Source of the DNA: Octopus sinensis | Lineage: Eukaryota | Direction of reading: 5' to 3' | Assembly (NCBI RefSeq): GCF_006345805.1 | Contig: NC_043003.1 | Coordinates: forward strand, 50,282,001-50,346,000 | Length of the DNA stretch: 64,000 bases | In this document: positions 26,370-40,420 of the stretch, one piece after another | Position numbering within the stretch: the first letter of the stretch is position 1 | Layout: every line of letters starts with the position of its first letter | Position numbers and translations under genes: made by a program | The notes under the pieces: generated by a model | Told to the model about the DNA's origin: nothing | Database searches by the model: none | Seen by the model: the letters and a program-made list of their open reading frames with translations, nothing else

Positions 26370-26700
26370 TTTATGGGAGTGGTGTTGGTGGTAGTGGAGC
26401 GGGTGCTGATGGTGGTAGTGGTTGCAGTGGTGAGGGTTGTGGTGGTGGTGGTTTCAGTGGTAGTAGTGATGGTGGTGGTGGTGGTGGTGGTGGTGATGGT
26501 GGTGGTTGCGGTGGTGGTGTTGAGGTGGTGAGGTGGTGGTAGTTGTGGTTGTGGTGGTGGTGGTGGCGAACTTGATGGAAGTGGCGAACGTGGGGGGGTT
26601 GATACTAATGGTGTAGGCAGTGGTGCCGTTGACGGTGGTGACTATACTGATGATAATCGTATAATCGCGGTGGTGGTGGTGGCGGTAGTAGCAGTAAGAA
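26370..26700. repeat. (GGT)-rich low-complexity tract
   Basis: Direct reading. Confidence 0.85.
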
Positions 26701-27020
26701 AGAGGGTGGTGGATTGGCTGGATAAAGCACTCACTCTACTCCAGACAGACAGCCACTTAGTGTCATTTGAGCAGCGGGCGCCGTCGGAATTAGTGGCTTT
26801 GTTGCAAACCACTCAACAATAGGGTGCTGAGGTGTGGTGGTAGAGGGATAAATTTTGTGGCCAATCTTACACAAACAATGTAAAAAAAGAAGAGGGTGAC
26901 GGGTGGGATCGAGCGTCGTTTATCGAAGTTAGTAGAAGCTTTTATTGTTATATAATACTCTTTTATTTGTCTATTTTTTATGAAAGCTATATAATACTGT
27001 CAACCAATCACACGTACGTG

Positions 27021-27138
<118 letters not shown>

Positions 27139-27202
27139 CTATATATATCTATATCTATATATATATATCTATATATATATATATCTATATATATATATCT
27201 AT

Positions 27203-27246
<44 letters not shown>

Positions 27247-27279
27247 CACACATACACATATACAAATATATATATATAT

Positions 27280-27316
<37 letters not shown>

Positions 27317-27461
27317 TATATATATATATGTATGTGTGTGTATATATATATACATATGTATGTATACATACGCATACACTCACACATGCACATATATATA
27401 TATATATATACATATATATAGGTAGGTAGCTATCTATCAATTTAGCTATCTGTTTATTCGT

Positions 27462-27515
<54 letters not shown>

Positions 27516-28016
27516 TACACACACAAACACGTGCACACATACGCACACACAAATTACCTACTTTTTAAACTTCATGTTTCCTTTTTAGGCTTTGTATTTT
27601 TTTTTCTATCCATTTCCATTTCCAAATAAATGTCCGAATTGCTATGCCGTTCTCTAATTGGAAGTGATGGAATGAATGGAGATGTTGTGGTGGTAGAAAA
27701 CTATCTTTAAATGGATGTTCTATGTGTTCGTGAAGTATAATGCACTTTTCAAGATACGTGAAGAAAAATATAAAAATACAATGATTACAATGTAAGTCTG
27801 AACAGACCTTCAAAATTCAGACTCTAATCAAAATAATTAGTATCTTACAAAATAATAATAAAATCACATTGTTCCTCACCACAGCCCTTATTCACAGTAA
27901 ACAAAATTAATTAAATATTAATCTACAACTACAGGACGTCCAATTTCTTCTAATTAGTGGAGGTGTTATGTAAGCCTAAATGAATGAAGTACGCGATATG
28001 GTGAAAGTTTATATAA

Positions 28017-28434
28017 AGGCGGCGATCTGGCAGTAACGTTAGCACGCCGGACGAAATGCGTAGCCGTATTTCGTCTGCTGTTACGTTTTGAGTTCAAATA
28101 CCGCCGAGGTCGACTTTGCCTTTCATCCTTTCGGGGTCGATAAATTAAGTACCAGTTACGCACTGGGGTCGATGTAATCGACTTAATACGTTTGTCTGCC
28201 CTTGTTTGTCCCCTCTGTGTTTAGCCCCTTGTTGGTAGTAAAGAAATAGGTATTTCGTCTGCCGCTATGTTCTGAGTCCGAATTACGCCGAGATCGACTT
28301 TGCCTTTCATCCTTTCGGAGTCGATTAAATAAGTACCAGTTACACACTGGCGTCGATATAATCGACTTAATCCGTTTGTCTGTCCTTGTTTGTCCTCTCT
28401 GTGTTTAGCCCCTTGTGGGTTGTAAAGAAATAGG
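28017..28434 (+). mobile_element. SINE family B head-to-tail dimer
   Basis: Full unit plus a 5'-truncated unit joined at gaaata-GGTATTTCGTC (~28249). Confidence 0.9.
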
Positions 28435-28959
28435 TACTTGGCTTATATGACGTCAAATGGAGTCTAAAATTCAATGTACCAGGAGTGTCTGTCTGGTAAG
28501 AAACTTGCTTGTCAACCGCATGGTTCCGGGTTTAGTCTTAAGGTGTCACGCAGTTACACCTTGGGCAACTGTCTTCAATCATAGCCTTGGGCCGACCAAA
28601 GCGCCCTGTGAATGGATTTGGTAGATGGAAACTGAAATCAGCCTTTCGCGCGCGCGCGTGTGTGTGTATTAGTATTTGGACGCTGGGTATATGGCTATTA
28701 GCATGTCGATGAAAGCACATTCACCGTCTGGGCTACCTGATGCCATCCACAGTTACGATATGATTTTCACTGGATCTATGGATCTAGGAAATCAACAGTG
28801 TTTGTTGAGTTTATCATTGAGGAAGGAAGCGGAAGACAGATTCAGTACGAATCTTTAGTTAGAAATTCTTATTAAATCAATCTTCCGTTTCCTTCATCAA
28901 TTGTGTGTGTGTGCGCGCGCGCGTGTAAGCGTGTGTGTGTGAGTGACCCTGTGTGTGTG

Positions 28960-29009
<50 letters not shown>

Positions 29010-29564
29010 TTAGTAACTTAGCTTTCAGCAAAAGCAACATATTGAATAAGCAGTTGGCTTCAAAAAATAAGTCCTGCTGTCGATGAGGTCGATGGGGTTG
29101 ATTTGTTTTACTAAAAGACTCTTCAAGGCAGTGCCCCAGTGTGGCCGCAGTTAAATAACTGAAACAAGTAAAAAAAAAATAAAAGAGGAAAAAAAAAAGA
29201 AAGAAAAATACTGCCGAGGAGCGCTCATACGCTTAGTGAAAATGCAACCTGATCTCACACATGTAAAAATCATTATTTGTAAAACTGAGTTTATCCAAAA
29301 TCTGAGTTTATGCAAACCATTTGTAGACATAAATACCCTCAGGGGTATTTAAAATTTATAGAACACGAAGAAGTGAGATAATGAAAATAAGATCAGAAGA
29401 TCGATAATTTTGAATAATACAATGTTGGCTGGTTAACGTCTGGCGTTTAAAGTAGATTGATGCAACAAAGTAAGCTTTAGTCTATAGGATATTATAGCCA
29501 GTTGTCGGCAAGACCAAACGCGATCAGTGTATATATGAATATGTATCATATATATATATATATA

Positions 29565-30076
29565 CCGTAAATCCTTGTGTATAATCTTTATTTTTCTCGC
29601 AAAATTTAAAGGTCAAAATCCCTAGTGCGTACTATATACGAGGTTAAAAATGAAAATCATTGTCTAAGCAATGTCTGAGTCTCTATTTGCTGTCCGGCAA
29701 TGTTTATCCCGACGCATTATGTGATGTAGGGCGCGAAAATAATTTAAGCTAAGACTGAAAGCAATGAAGTCATAAAGGAATCATCCATAACTAGCAGTAA
29801 TCAACATTTATTAAACATTATTACTGTTATTTCTTTATTTTCTGGCAACATAATGCACAAAAAAGTTTCACGTTTGCATTATGTTATATATACAATAATA
29901 ATAAAGGACGTTACCGTATACAGTTTTACAAACCAAGGACGTTATATAGACCTCCTTGACTCAAGTTTGAGAAGGGGTGCGTATTATACACAAGGTTTAG
30001 GTTTTTCAGAAGTACAGCCCCCTAAAAGTCTTCTGCGTATTATACTCAAGGGCGGACTATACTCGAGGATTTACGG
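29565..30076. mobile_element. pogo/Tigger-like MITE
   Basis: TA|CCGTAAATCCT...AGGATTTACGG|TA termini; subterminal gcgtattatac repeats. Confidence 0.8.
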
Positions 30077-30134
<58 letters not shown>

Positions 30135-30138
<4 letters not shown>

Positions 30139-30354
30139 CTTTACTCTTTTACTTGTTTCAATCATTTGACGGCGGTCATGATGGAGCACCGCTTTTAGTC
30201 GAGCAAATCTATCCCAGAACTTATTTTTTGCAAGCCTAGTACTGATTCTATCGATCTCTTATGCCGAACCGCTAAGTTACGGAGACGTAAACACACCAGC
30301 ATCGGTTATCAAGTGATATTGGGGGTGGACAAACATAGACACACAAACACACAT

Positions 30355-30390
<36 letters not shown>

Positions 30391-30571
30391 GCATATGCAT
30401 ATATATACGACGGGCTTCTTTCAGTTTCCGTCTACAAAATCCACTCACAGGGCTTTGGTCGGCCCAAAGCTATATTAGGAGACACTTGCCCAAGGTGCCA
30501 CGCAGTGGGACTGAATTCGGAACCATGTGGTTGGTAAGCAAGCTACTTACCACACAGCCACTCCTGCGCCT
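30135..30571 (-). mobile_element. SINE family A, full length
   Basis: Head to tail match; inside (TA)n. Confidence 0.9.
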
Positions 30572-30587
30572 ATATATATATATATAA

Positions 30588-30757
30588 ATCATTTATATTA
30601 TTTACATTTGAGGGATATTTGCCCTCGTCTTGTTTGTTGTTAACACATCGTTTCGGCTGATACACTCTCCAGCCTTCATCAGGTGTCTTGGGGAAATTTC
30701 GAACCTGGGTTCTTATTCCTAAGGTATTTTTCGACGTTATTATTATTATTATTATCA

Positions 30758-30841
<84 letters not shown>

Positions 30842-30906
30842 TCACTGCCTGGAATCGAACTCGGAATCTTGGGGTTAGTAGCCCGCGCTCTTAACCACTA
30901 CGCCAT
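30588..30906 (-). mobile_element. Composite element: tRNA-like head, (AAT)n, hammerhead-like module
   Basis: tggcgtagtggttaag and gagttcgattcc boxes; (AAT)n; CTGATGA-A-GGCTG...CAGCC-GAAAC. Confidence 0.7.
30642..30687 (-). ncRNA. Hammerhead-like motif with a mutated cleavage site
   Basis: gacac-CTGATGA-A-GGCTG-gagagtgtat-CAGCC-GAAA-CGA-T-gtgtt; U16.1 position is A. Confidence 0.55.
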
Positions 30907-31563
30907 ATAAAAGCTTCAAAATTATTACAGAACTGTTACTCAGTGTTTTACGTTACCGTTCGTCGGACAGTTATGATGTCCGATGGAGGGGAACGTGAAA
31001 CACTGAGTAACAATACTGTAACAGTTTTGCAGCATTAATAAAATGTATATTACTCTACCTTTGATATTCGAGTACTATTTTTTCGGAAGCGACTTCATCG
31101 AAACAGAGAAATCTCATTTAGTATGAGCCATGAAGAACATCGAACGTCTCACTCGATGAACAGCATCTCAATCAGCTTTTACGAAATACAGAATGAATGC
31201 CACTACCCTGTTTCCATTAAATTGCATCTTCTGCGGACTGGATCTTTTGGATCAACAGAATCAGAGTTTGACGGGGAACAGATTCCAGACTGTTGATGAG
31301 TAGATTAAAATTCATGGAATTAACACATGGGTGCTTTGATGCAGCTTTATGATCAAATTTAAGACGTAGTTCACATTACACATAGCGTTAATGATAGTAA
31401 TTCTAGTGGATGGCAGTTCCAGCTACGACAACTGTTGCATAAATTTACTTCTTTAATTCTTCACTACAGCTGTACCTCAAATTGTACATGCGTCTCTCAC
31501 CAACTGACATATTCGTATATCTCATTAACTAAAATCGTTAGTCTGAATCGATTCCTGGCCTCA

Positions 31564-31595
<32 letters not shown>

Positions 31596-31605
31596 CATAC
31601 ATACA

Positions 31606-31638
<33 letters not shown>

Positions 31639-31672
31639 GGAAAAGGATGCGTGCCGTTCGATCATATAATAC

Positions 31673-32118
31673 TAATAATATAAATAATATATAAATATGT
31701 AAATATATACATACATATATGTACATACCTCCATCTATATGTATATATACATGCATATATGGGTACAGGACATCAAAAAAACGTTGAACACAATGAGAAA
31801 CGAAAACATAAAACCAAAAACATGGAAACGAACTGTTTTTCAAACAACGAAAAAACAGAGTATAAGACATACAACACAAGGAATATTTCCCTTCTTCAGT
31901 TGTCCCTGTTTCGTCTACTCCGCGTTCCGAAGGTAAGGACAAGACGCAACTTCGTTGAAACAGTCCTTCCCGCAAAGCAAATTAAATAAAATTTGGATTT
32001 TTTGCGGAGGGGTAAAGGTGTCCTGTACCCATATATGCATGTATATATACATATAGATGTAGGTATGTACACATATGTATGTATATATACATATATTTAT
32101 ATATTATTTATATTATTA
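31673..32118 (-). mobile_element. Repeat family F with an inverted 100-bp terminal duplication (Penelope-like layout)
   Basis: 31673-31772 inverted to 32019-32118; body homologous to 39073-39420. Confidence 0.6.
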
Positions 32119-32223
32119 TTACATACATATATACATACATATATGCATATATATGTACGTACGTACATACATGCATACATACATACAGACAGACAGACAG
32201 ACAAACAGACTGGCAGGCAAACA

Positions 32224-32435
32224 GTCTAGGGTTTTTAGGAAAAACAAAACAGACAATACACACAGATTACAAGCACAATCTGTAAGCGGAACAGTAAAAG
32301 TATGCCAGACTATTCTCAAGTTCAAAACGTGACGTTGTTTTATTATCTTCACTCCAAACACGGAGCTTTGTATTTCTGTTAGAAACCGGTTCCTCCATTG
32401 TTGGAAGACTACAAATAATTAAAAACGGAAGAGAC
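32224..32435 (+). mobile_element. RLE-type LINE 3' fragment (same family as 46098)
   Basis: RLQAQSVSGTVKVCQTILKFKT* aligns with TLQILSVSGAVKLCKTFLWFKM*; shared 3' UTR. Confidence 0.75.
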
Positions 32436-32544
32436 CATACATACATAAATATGTATTTATGTACAAATACAACACATGAATTCATAAGCAAACTACATAT
32501 AGTTATATAGGACAGAATAGAAAAATCATGTATAGTTACATAAA

Positions 32545-32700
32545 GTAATCATTTTTCTTATTGCCCACAGGGGCTAAACATAGAAGAGACAAACAAGGAC
32601 AGACAAATGGTTTCAATCGATTACATCGACCCCAGTGCGTAACTGGTACTTATATAATCGACCCCGAAAGGATGAAAGCAAAGTCGACCTCGGCGGAGTT
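32545..32700 (-). mobile_element. SINE family B, 5'-truncated
   Basis: Core and tail type 1. Confidence 0.8.
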
Positions 32701-32822
32701 ATATATAGTAATGGCTGCTGTTATCTAAATTCCAACGAGGGAGCTTTTCTTTACTTGTTAGTCCCTCCTCGAAAGAATTCAATTAAGTAAAAAGGCACAC
32801 GCAAGTACACGCACACACAAAT

Positions 32823-32854
<32 letters not shown>

Positions 32855-34618
32855 ACACACACCACACACACACACATACACACACACACACACACATATA
32901 CACACATGATAGACAAATATGTACTCGGCCAGCTCACACACAAATTTCCCGTAGATTAACTATGCATCTACAACAAAGAGGAATTTAAATACATTACTTA
33001 ACAGAACATAATGCAGCTGTTAATAGGTAAACAGTTTAATCTTATTCTATTTCTGTGTTCAAAATACCTCATTCTCAAATCCCAAACTCCGAACGTGTTA
33101 ACCAATCAAGCTGTCACGATCATCTCACTCACTCCAAAAGTCTCAACTCAAATATACACATGGTGAAGCCATTAAAATGTTTTTTTGTTCTTTATGAATG
33201 TTATTGAAACAGTCTTCACACTGTTTAAAATGGTTAAAAGCAATGAAGGTTAGATAAGGAGAAAATGGAAAAAAATCACTAACTCCTAGCAATTTAAAAC
33301 CAGAATACGGATGATTGGGCCATATCACCATAAAACGTAAATGAATTGATCTGGTAAAATTTAATTACGCGCTTCCTATTTTAAAAAGAACCTTAACAAA
33401 ATACCAAAGAAAATTCAACAAAAACTAAAATAACCATATACACAGCGAAAATCGTGTTTTTCATTTATGGTTCGTTAATTTGCAATGCTAAGTTCGATTC
33501 TTCCTGTGGGGATTATGGTGACAGGCACTGGCTTTATAAGATTGACGTACTTCAGAAACGTAATTCTCTAAAACGTGATTCTCTAAAAACTATTCGATGG
33601 ACTTTAAGACTTAACGTTGAATTTCACCTATAAAAGCTTCAGATAAATCGTGTTCGAACCAAACGTTTGCATTCTCAGATTGAACTATGACATTTTTTCC
33701 TTGTTTCTAATATACTTTCCAATAACGTTGAATTTAGTTATGATAAGAAAGTTACGAAAAAATACTACTAATAATAATAAAAATGAAATTAAAAAACAAT
33801 TAAAAGTATTTTTCGACAGTGTTAATTTAATAATGAAAACCGTGAAAAACATATTCCTTCTCTTTTTTTTTTTTTTTTTCAGATTTGGGATTATTGCAAG
33901 AGAAAAGAAGAAATATATAATTAAAGATGATAATCACATAGAAAGCATCCAATTTCCATAATACGTTTATCTAAGAAGATTAACTTCGCTGAAAAAAAGA
34001 TTTATCAGTTAAACTCTGTAAACGATTGCGAAAATTTTCGGAAGAGATGAGATATTATTCAACCAATAGATATTTCGTATAATGCCAAATGAAAGAGTTG
34101 TCTATCATAATTCATCATTGTGCCATATCTTTTAAGTTGGTTGGTTAAGACTGTCGAAAGCTCTTATCAACAAAGACTTCTTTAGATTATAGATTTGTTG
34201 AAAAAAAAAAACCTCTGGTTTTACCTAAAAAGACATCAATACATGTCATCGCCAGGAATACAACACATTCGAATGCAAAGATGCATTGACACAACGGAGC
34301 TAAATATAAAGAATGTTAGATATATGAATCTATGCAACACACCGCAAAAAATATGAATAAACGAAATTGTTTTTTTTTTATATAGTAAACCATTCGGCTA
34401 TAAACGGACTTAAGGCAAGTAACTATCATTGCTATAGAGTATCAAGTTTAGGTGTATTCTTTGCTTCTGTGTGTTTGGTATGTGTGTTTGGGGATACCGA
34501 CACAAAGACACACACATATATTTATATATGCATCATATACATACACGTTTGTGTATGTAAGTGTGAATATATCTTCGATTTTGTGTTCGTCCCCGCTTCA
34601 CTGCTTGACAGCTTGTGT

Positions 34619-35118
34619 GGATTTTTTCGATTTGACCGGCAGATTTTAAAAATAATTTCTTTGTAACTAAACACTTTTAAACTTCGTATACTGGTAGAAT
34701 GTGTTACATAAAACATCTTTTTCTCTTGGCTTTCTTGAGAAAATTCTGTAGTTTGTAAGCTATTTGTTGTTTAATTTCTTTCATTTCGGCAATTTCAACC
34801 TATCAATGACGTCTATTGAGGTGAATACAATTTCTCCGGTTCTTTGTCAACAACATTTTCTGGCGGTATCATATCAATTTGTCACTGTTATTTAACCCTA
34901 ACCCTAACTCTAACCCTAACCCTAACCCTAACCCTAAAACAGATTGAAATGCAATAGATCGATACTAAGGTCATAATTATGGGCGGACACTAAAGAGGGA
35001 ACGGTTTTGTTATCCAGCTCTGTTTACGAGTGACCCCTCAGTTTATGGCCACAGGGTATCTTTTTTCTCATAAATAACAGTGACAAATTGATATGACACC
35101 GGCAGAAAATCAACTGCT
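34619..35118 (+). mobile_element. GGATC-family MITE with (TAACCC)n, right end damaged, inside a SINE A remnant
   Basis: Colinear with 15912-16742; SINE A sequence on both sides. Confidence 0.8.
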
Positions 35119-36635
35119 GGGCTTGATTCGTACCACTAAACCATTCCTGATGGTACTCCAGCATGGCCGCAGTCCAATAACCGAAAGAAGTAAAAGAAGA
35201 AATGAAAGACAAGGCTGAACTTCACTTAGAACTGGTAAAGATAAGTAGACTTATCTGATATATTCCTGATGATTATATTGTTAAATCCCCGAGTCCCCGA
35301 GAAGAACGATACACTCAATGGTGTTTAACTTCCGAACGATAAAGAACGAAACTAAATACTACGAGATATTTTGTTACTGCCAACTCACCAACTTATTAGT
35401 ACATCAAATATTGTATGTTGTGAGATAGAGGAATGGCTGGTTATATCCCTAATAGCCAAGGGAGGCCTTCCTGTATAGGAAAAACAAAACGGTGGGCAGT
35501 TAAGTATAGTTTAAGGTTTAGTTTCTGTACTGTAAATATTTTCTTTGAACTTGTGTCGTCTTAGTGCTGCATGGGGTAGGGAGCTGGCATGATTGGAGCA
35601 GTGAGTGCCAAAATGTAACACTGATACAGATGAACGATTTCGCATGATGTTTAGCAAAATGGGAGTGGTGTACTTAATAGGGAAAGTAAAATAAAAGCAA
35701 TGGAATAAAGATAGGGAAATTTTATCAGGAGTGGCAATGGTGGATAAAAATGACTAACGAGTGTACCCCTGTTGATTTTGAGAAGAACCGATGTAGTTAT
35801 GAGGAAAACGAGTTTCTTATAAAAATATTGATATCTGTTGACATGGTACACCGCATTTTAGTTTTTATTATAAGCGGGAGAGCGCATGAATGTCGTAACT
35901 TTCCAGCATTTCCCAAAGGTATTTAGTTAAGTAAATAGGGACAGCCGAGGAAATCAATAGACAATCTGCGTTCCGAACTAAGGTTTGGAGGTTCATATCG
36001 CAACACAGTACACTATTTATAGCCAAGACACTTACATAGGATTAGACAAATGGTGCTAAGAGATTTATAAAGCTGTGTGGTTAAGAAGTTCGCTTAGCAA
36101 ACACGTAGTTTCGTGTTCAGTCCTTGGGCAAGTTTTTTTCTTCTATGGTTCTAGGCCTAGTGAGCGAATTCGGCAGAGGGAAACTAAGTGTAAGCTCAGT
36201 GTATGTGTATATGCGTGTTTCTTTGTGCTGTGTTCTCCACCGCTTGATATCTTGGGTTTGTCTGTTTATGTTTTCGGAACTTACAAGTTCGGTAAAAGGG
36301 TCGATGGAATAAGTACAAAACTTAGAATAATATGAATGCTGCGGTCGATTAGTGAGACTAAAGCATTCGAAGTGGTGCCTCAGTATGGCTCTAGCTCAAT
36401 GATAGAAGCAAACAAAGGCAAAGGAAATATATTAAAAATGTGTAAACACAAGCCTCGATAGTTAACGCTTTGCAAAGAGCCAATTACTGTTTTACTGTAT
36501 TTAGGATGGCGATATTACAAGGGAGTGTTTGTGAAACAAAGACAAAACAAATATTACATTAAATTTCATGAATTTTCTAAGCTGTGTTTATATCTTTAGA
36601 CAATATGCGTCGGCGAAATATGCACACACACACAC

Positions 36636-36723
<88 letters not shown>

Positions 36724-37426
36724 ATTAAATATTTTTATTGTTTTACTGTTTTCAGTCATTGTACTATGGTCATGTCGGGGCATCTATCTTAAGGTTTTAC
36801 TCGTTCAGTACTTATGTTGAAGTCTGGAACGTATTGTAGCTATATCTACTGGTCCAGTCACTAGGTTACAGAATAGTGGTTATTGATTGCTGTAAACGTA
36901 AACGCACACACACACATACACACACTAGTGTTTCATTTTTACAAGGAAAGGGCTTCAAGTGACTTCGAAGCTTCGGCATAGTTTTCTTCGTCAGGCGAAG
37001 GCAACAAAACCGAAACAGCTGTCATTCGCTAAGTTTTTCATGTAAGAATGAAATATATCTGGCACTTGCCCGGAAACTGTTACTGTTTCTTCAATAATAA
37101 CTATTGTTTTATATATAATTGCACGAAAAATGAAACATCAGTACCCACATTCACGCATAAAGAGAGACTGGCGAGCTTCCGTACAGTTTTCACCAACTAA
37201 ATTTCACTCACAAAGGGGACGATTAAATTATTCTGTTCGTTTGTTTTCAGATTTCTGTTCCAAAAATTTGTGATTACAATTCTGAAAAAGTAACAAAAAC
37301 TAAAAATTAAAAACAAAAAATATAGTCACTTCGGTTCTTATCGTACGTGAAGGGATCAACCAAAACAGGTTTTTTAATGCGAGTATTCCTATATACAATA
37401 TTTATATTATATTATATATCTTACAT

Positions 37427-37658
37427 AGGCGGCGAGCTGGCAGAATCGTTAGCCCGCCGGGTGAAATGCTGGGTGGCATTTCGTCTGCCGCTACGTTCTG
37501 AGTTCAAATTACGCCGAGGTCGACTTTGTCTTTCATCCTTTCGGGGTCGATTAAATAAGTACCAGTTATGCACTGGGGTCGATGTAATCAACTTAATCCT
37601 TTTGTTTGTCCTTGTTTGTTCTCTCTATGTTTAGCTCCCTGTGGGCAATAAAGAAATA
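37427..37658 (+). mobile_element. SINE family B, full length
   Basis: Head, core, tail type 1. Confidence 0.9.
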
Positions 37659-38563
37659 ATTATATATCCTATATACAAAATTTGTCTGGGAAAAGAACTA
37701 ATAAAAAATCTTTCGCAATTCGAAAAACTGTTAAGCTACACAACTAATTTACGAGAAGTTTGAAAATACTCGATAGAAATTAATTTCGTAGCAACATTAG
37801 TTACACATGTTATGCAGCGAAGAAATATAATGGATGGATGGAGATGAATGAACAATGACAGTCCAATGCATGCTATAGATGTATCAATAACATGGTAATT
37901 TATTCACAATTGGTGTATTACACCAACCAAAATCGCCTACTATTTCATCGAGCTTTCTGAGCCATCAGTCGAAAAAGATGGATCGCTTTCATCTTCATTT
38001 AAGAGAGAGAGAGAGAGAGAGAGAGAGGGGGAGAGTGTGTGTGTGTGTGTGTGTGTGTGCGTGTGTGTGTGTTCTTACGTTGGTATGTGTGTATGTGTAT
38101 TCTTTTATTCTTCTTTTCTTTTACTTGTTTCAGTCGTTTGACTGCGGCCATGAAATTATTATTTTGAAAGCTTAGTATTTATTCTATCTGTCTCCTTTGC
38201 CGAACCGCTATGTTACTGGTTCGTAAGAACACCAATATCGGTGTCAATGATGGGATAAAAATATAGAAACACAAATACACACACGCACACACACACACGC
38301 ACACACACACACGTACACACATGTGTACGCGCGATTTGTAATATATATATATATATATGTATATTTAAGTAGTTGAATGAATTATCCTAGTATGGATAAT
38401 TCGGTTAACCGATACCCGGGTAGCAAATTCACGTCAGAAAGCACGGTTGAAGCTACATGCCAAGGGCAGAAATCACGTGCTTTCGTGTGGAAATTTGTGT
38501 TTTTTATTACTATAAATAAATGAAAGAATGGAGTCGAACGACGATTTAGCAAAATTCCTTTAT

Positions 38564-38643
38564 TCTCGACATATGTTTCGAAGACTGCATATTCTTAATT
38601 CCGAAGGAATAAAGGGTGCATTATGCGCCTTCTCATCAGGAAA
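38564..38643 (-). ncRNA. Type I hammerhead ribozyme motif, intact core
   Basis: Reverse complement of 38733-38813. Confidence 0.8.
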
Positions 38644-38732
38644 GACAAGGAACTTATGTCAGTCTATGGACTCCGTGTGGGCAGTCATCTAAAAGTTTTT
38701 GTTCGTCATGATGCTGACATAAGTTCCTTGTC

Positions 38733-38813
38733 TTTCCTGATGAGAAGGCGGCATAATGCACCCTTTATTCCTTCGGAATTAAGAATATGTAGTCTTCGAA
38801 ACATATGTCGAGA
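38733..38813 (+). ncRNA. Type I hammerhead ribozyme motif, intact core
   Basis: tttc-CTGATGA-GAAGGC...GTCTTC-GAAA-C-atat-GTC-gaga. Confidence 0.8.
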
Positions 38814-39072
38814 ATAAAGGAATTTTGTTAAATCGTCGTTCGACTCCATTCTTTCATTTATATATATATATATATATATATAAACATATGTATATGCATA
38901 GACATATACATACGTACATACATACACACTCACGGGGTTCTTTCAATTTCTGTTTACCAAATTCACTCACAAGGCTTTGGTTGGCCCCAGGCTATAGCAG
39001 AAGACACTTGCCCAAGGTGCTACGCAGTGAGACTGAACCCAGAATCGTGTGGTTGGGAAGCAAGTATATATA

Positions 39073-39490
<418 letters not shown>

Positions 39491-39841
39491 AAGAGAGGGA
39501 GATTGATACATACATATATATGCATATATGTTGATATATATCATACATACTTACATGTACATTCATATCTACATACATACACACGCATCTATATATGCAT
39601 GTAATGTAGGACTTTTATAGCCTATCATACTTACTATCATGGGTGAAGGCGCATACAGTTTTATACCTTATATAGTTGTCCTAAATTCTATAGTATTCTT
39701 GTTACCTAAACATAAGAAGAAATATGCAACTGTCCTCTCACCTGCGGTTGGATTGTCAGCGAGATACGTTTTAGTAGAAAAGATATTCTAGAGAGGCATT
39801 TATGTGCGCATAACATTCTTATATGTATCTAGGACTATGAA

Positions 39842-39943
<102 letters not shown>

Positions 39944-40102
39944 CATGAATAAAAATATATATGTGAGTGTATTGTGTTTGTGAGCATATGTATAACGTGC
40001 AAGTGTAAAGGCAGTCTGTCACTCGGACACACACACTGACATAGATACTTGACAGCGTATGTGTGTGTACGAGTGAATGCTTGTGTGTGTGTGTGGATGT
40101 GT

Positions 40103-40133
<31 letters not shown>

Positions 40134-40332
40134 CTTGCGTGTCTGTGTGTGTCTGTGTACAAGCGTGTGCACCTGCGCGTGTACTTTGCTGAAGATTGTA
40201 AAGTTGAAACTAAAATTGTAATCCTGTACTGTTTCCATCCTTATTATAGGTTCTTTTAACTTTCAGTACCGAAACCGCTGCCAGGGTTGTTGTGTGTACT
40301 TTTGTACAATAATTACAGTATCTATCTAACTG

Positions 40333-40418
<86 letters not shown>

Positions 40419-40420
<2 letters not shown>

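Larger units (their letters stand above)
38516..38861. mobile_element. Inverted pair of Penelope-like terminal repeats
   Basis: 147/148-bp arms with 3 differences, 51-bp spacer. Confidence 0.85.
38100..39066 (-). mobile_element. SINE family A halves (38100-38290 and 38925-39066) separated by an insertion
   Basis: Both halves on the minus strand in the expected order. Confidence 0.7.

Noticed and set aside
30836-30906. Functional tRNA gene
   Set aside because: Acceptor and anticodon stems pair poorly and it runs into (AAT)n; treated as an element head
31880-31920. CTGAAGA / TTGATGA plus hairpin in family F as a hammerhead (also ~39085)
   Set aside because: No GAAA after stem II and no cleavage triplet in the required position
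36985-37030. GAAACAGCTGT(C/A) motifs (also ~11290-11315, ~15330, ~18245)
   Set aside because: Probably eroded hammerheads, but core or stem II is broken; not callable individually
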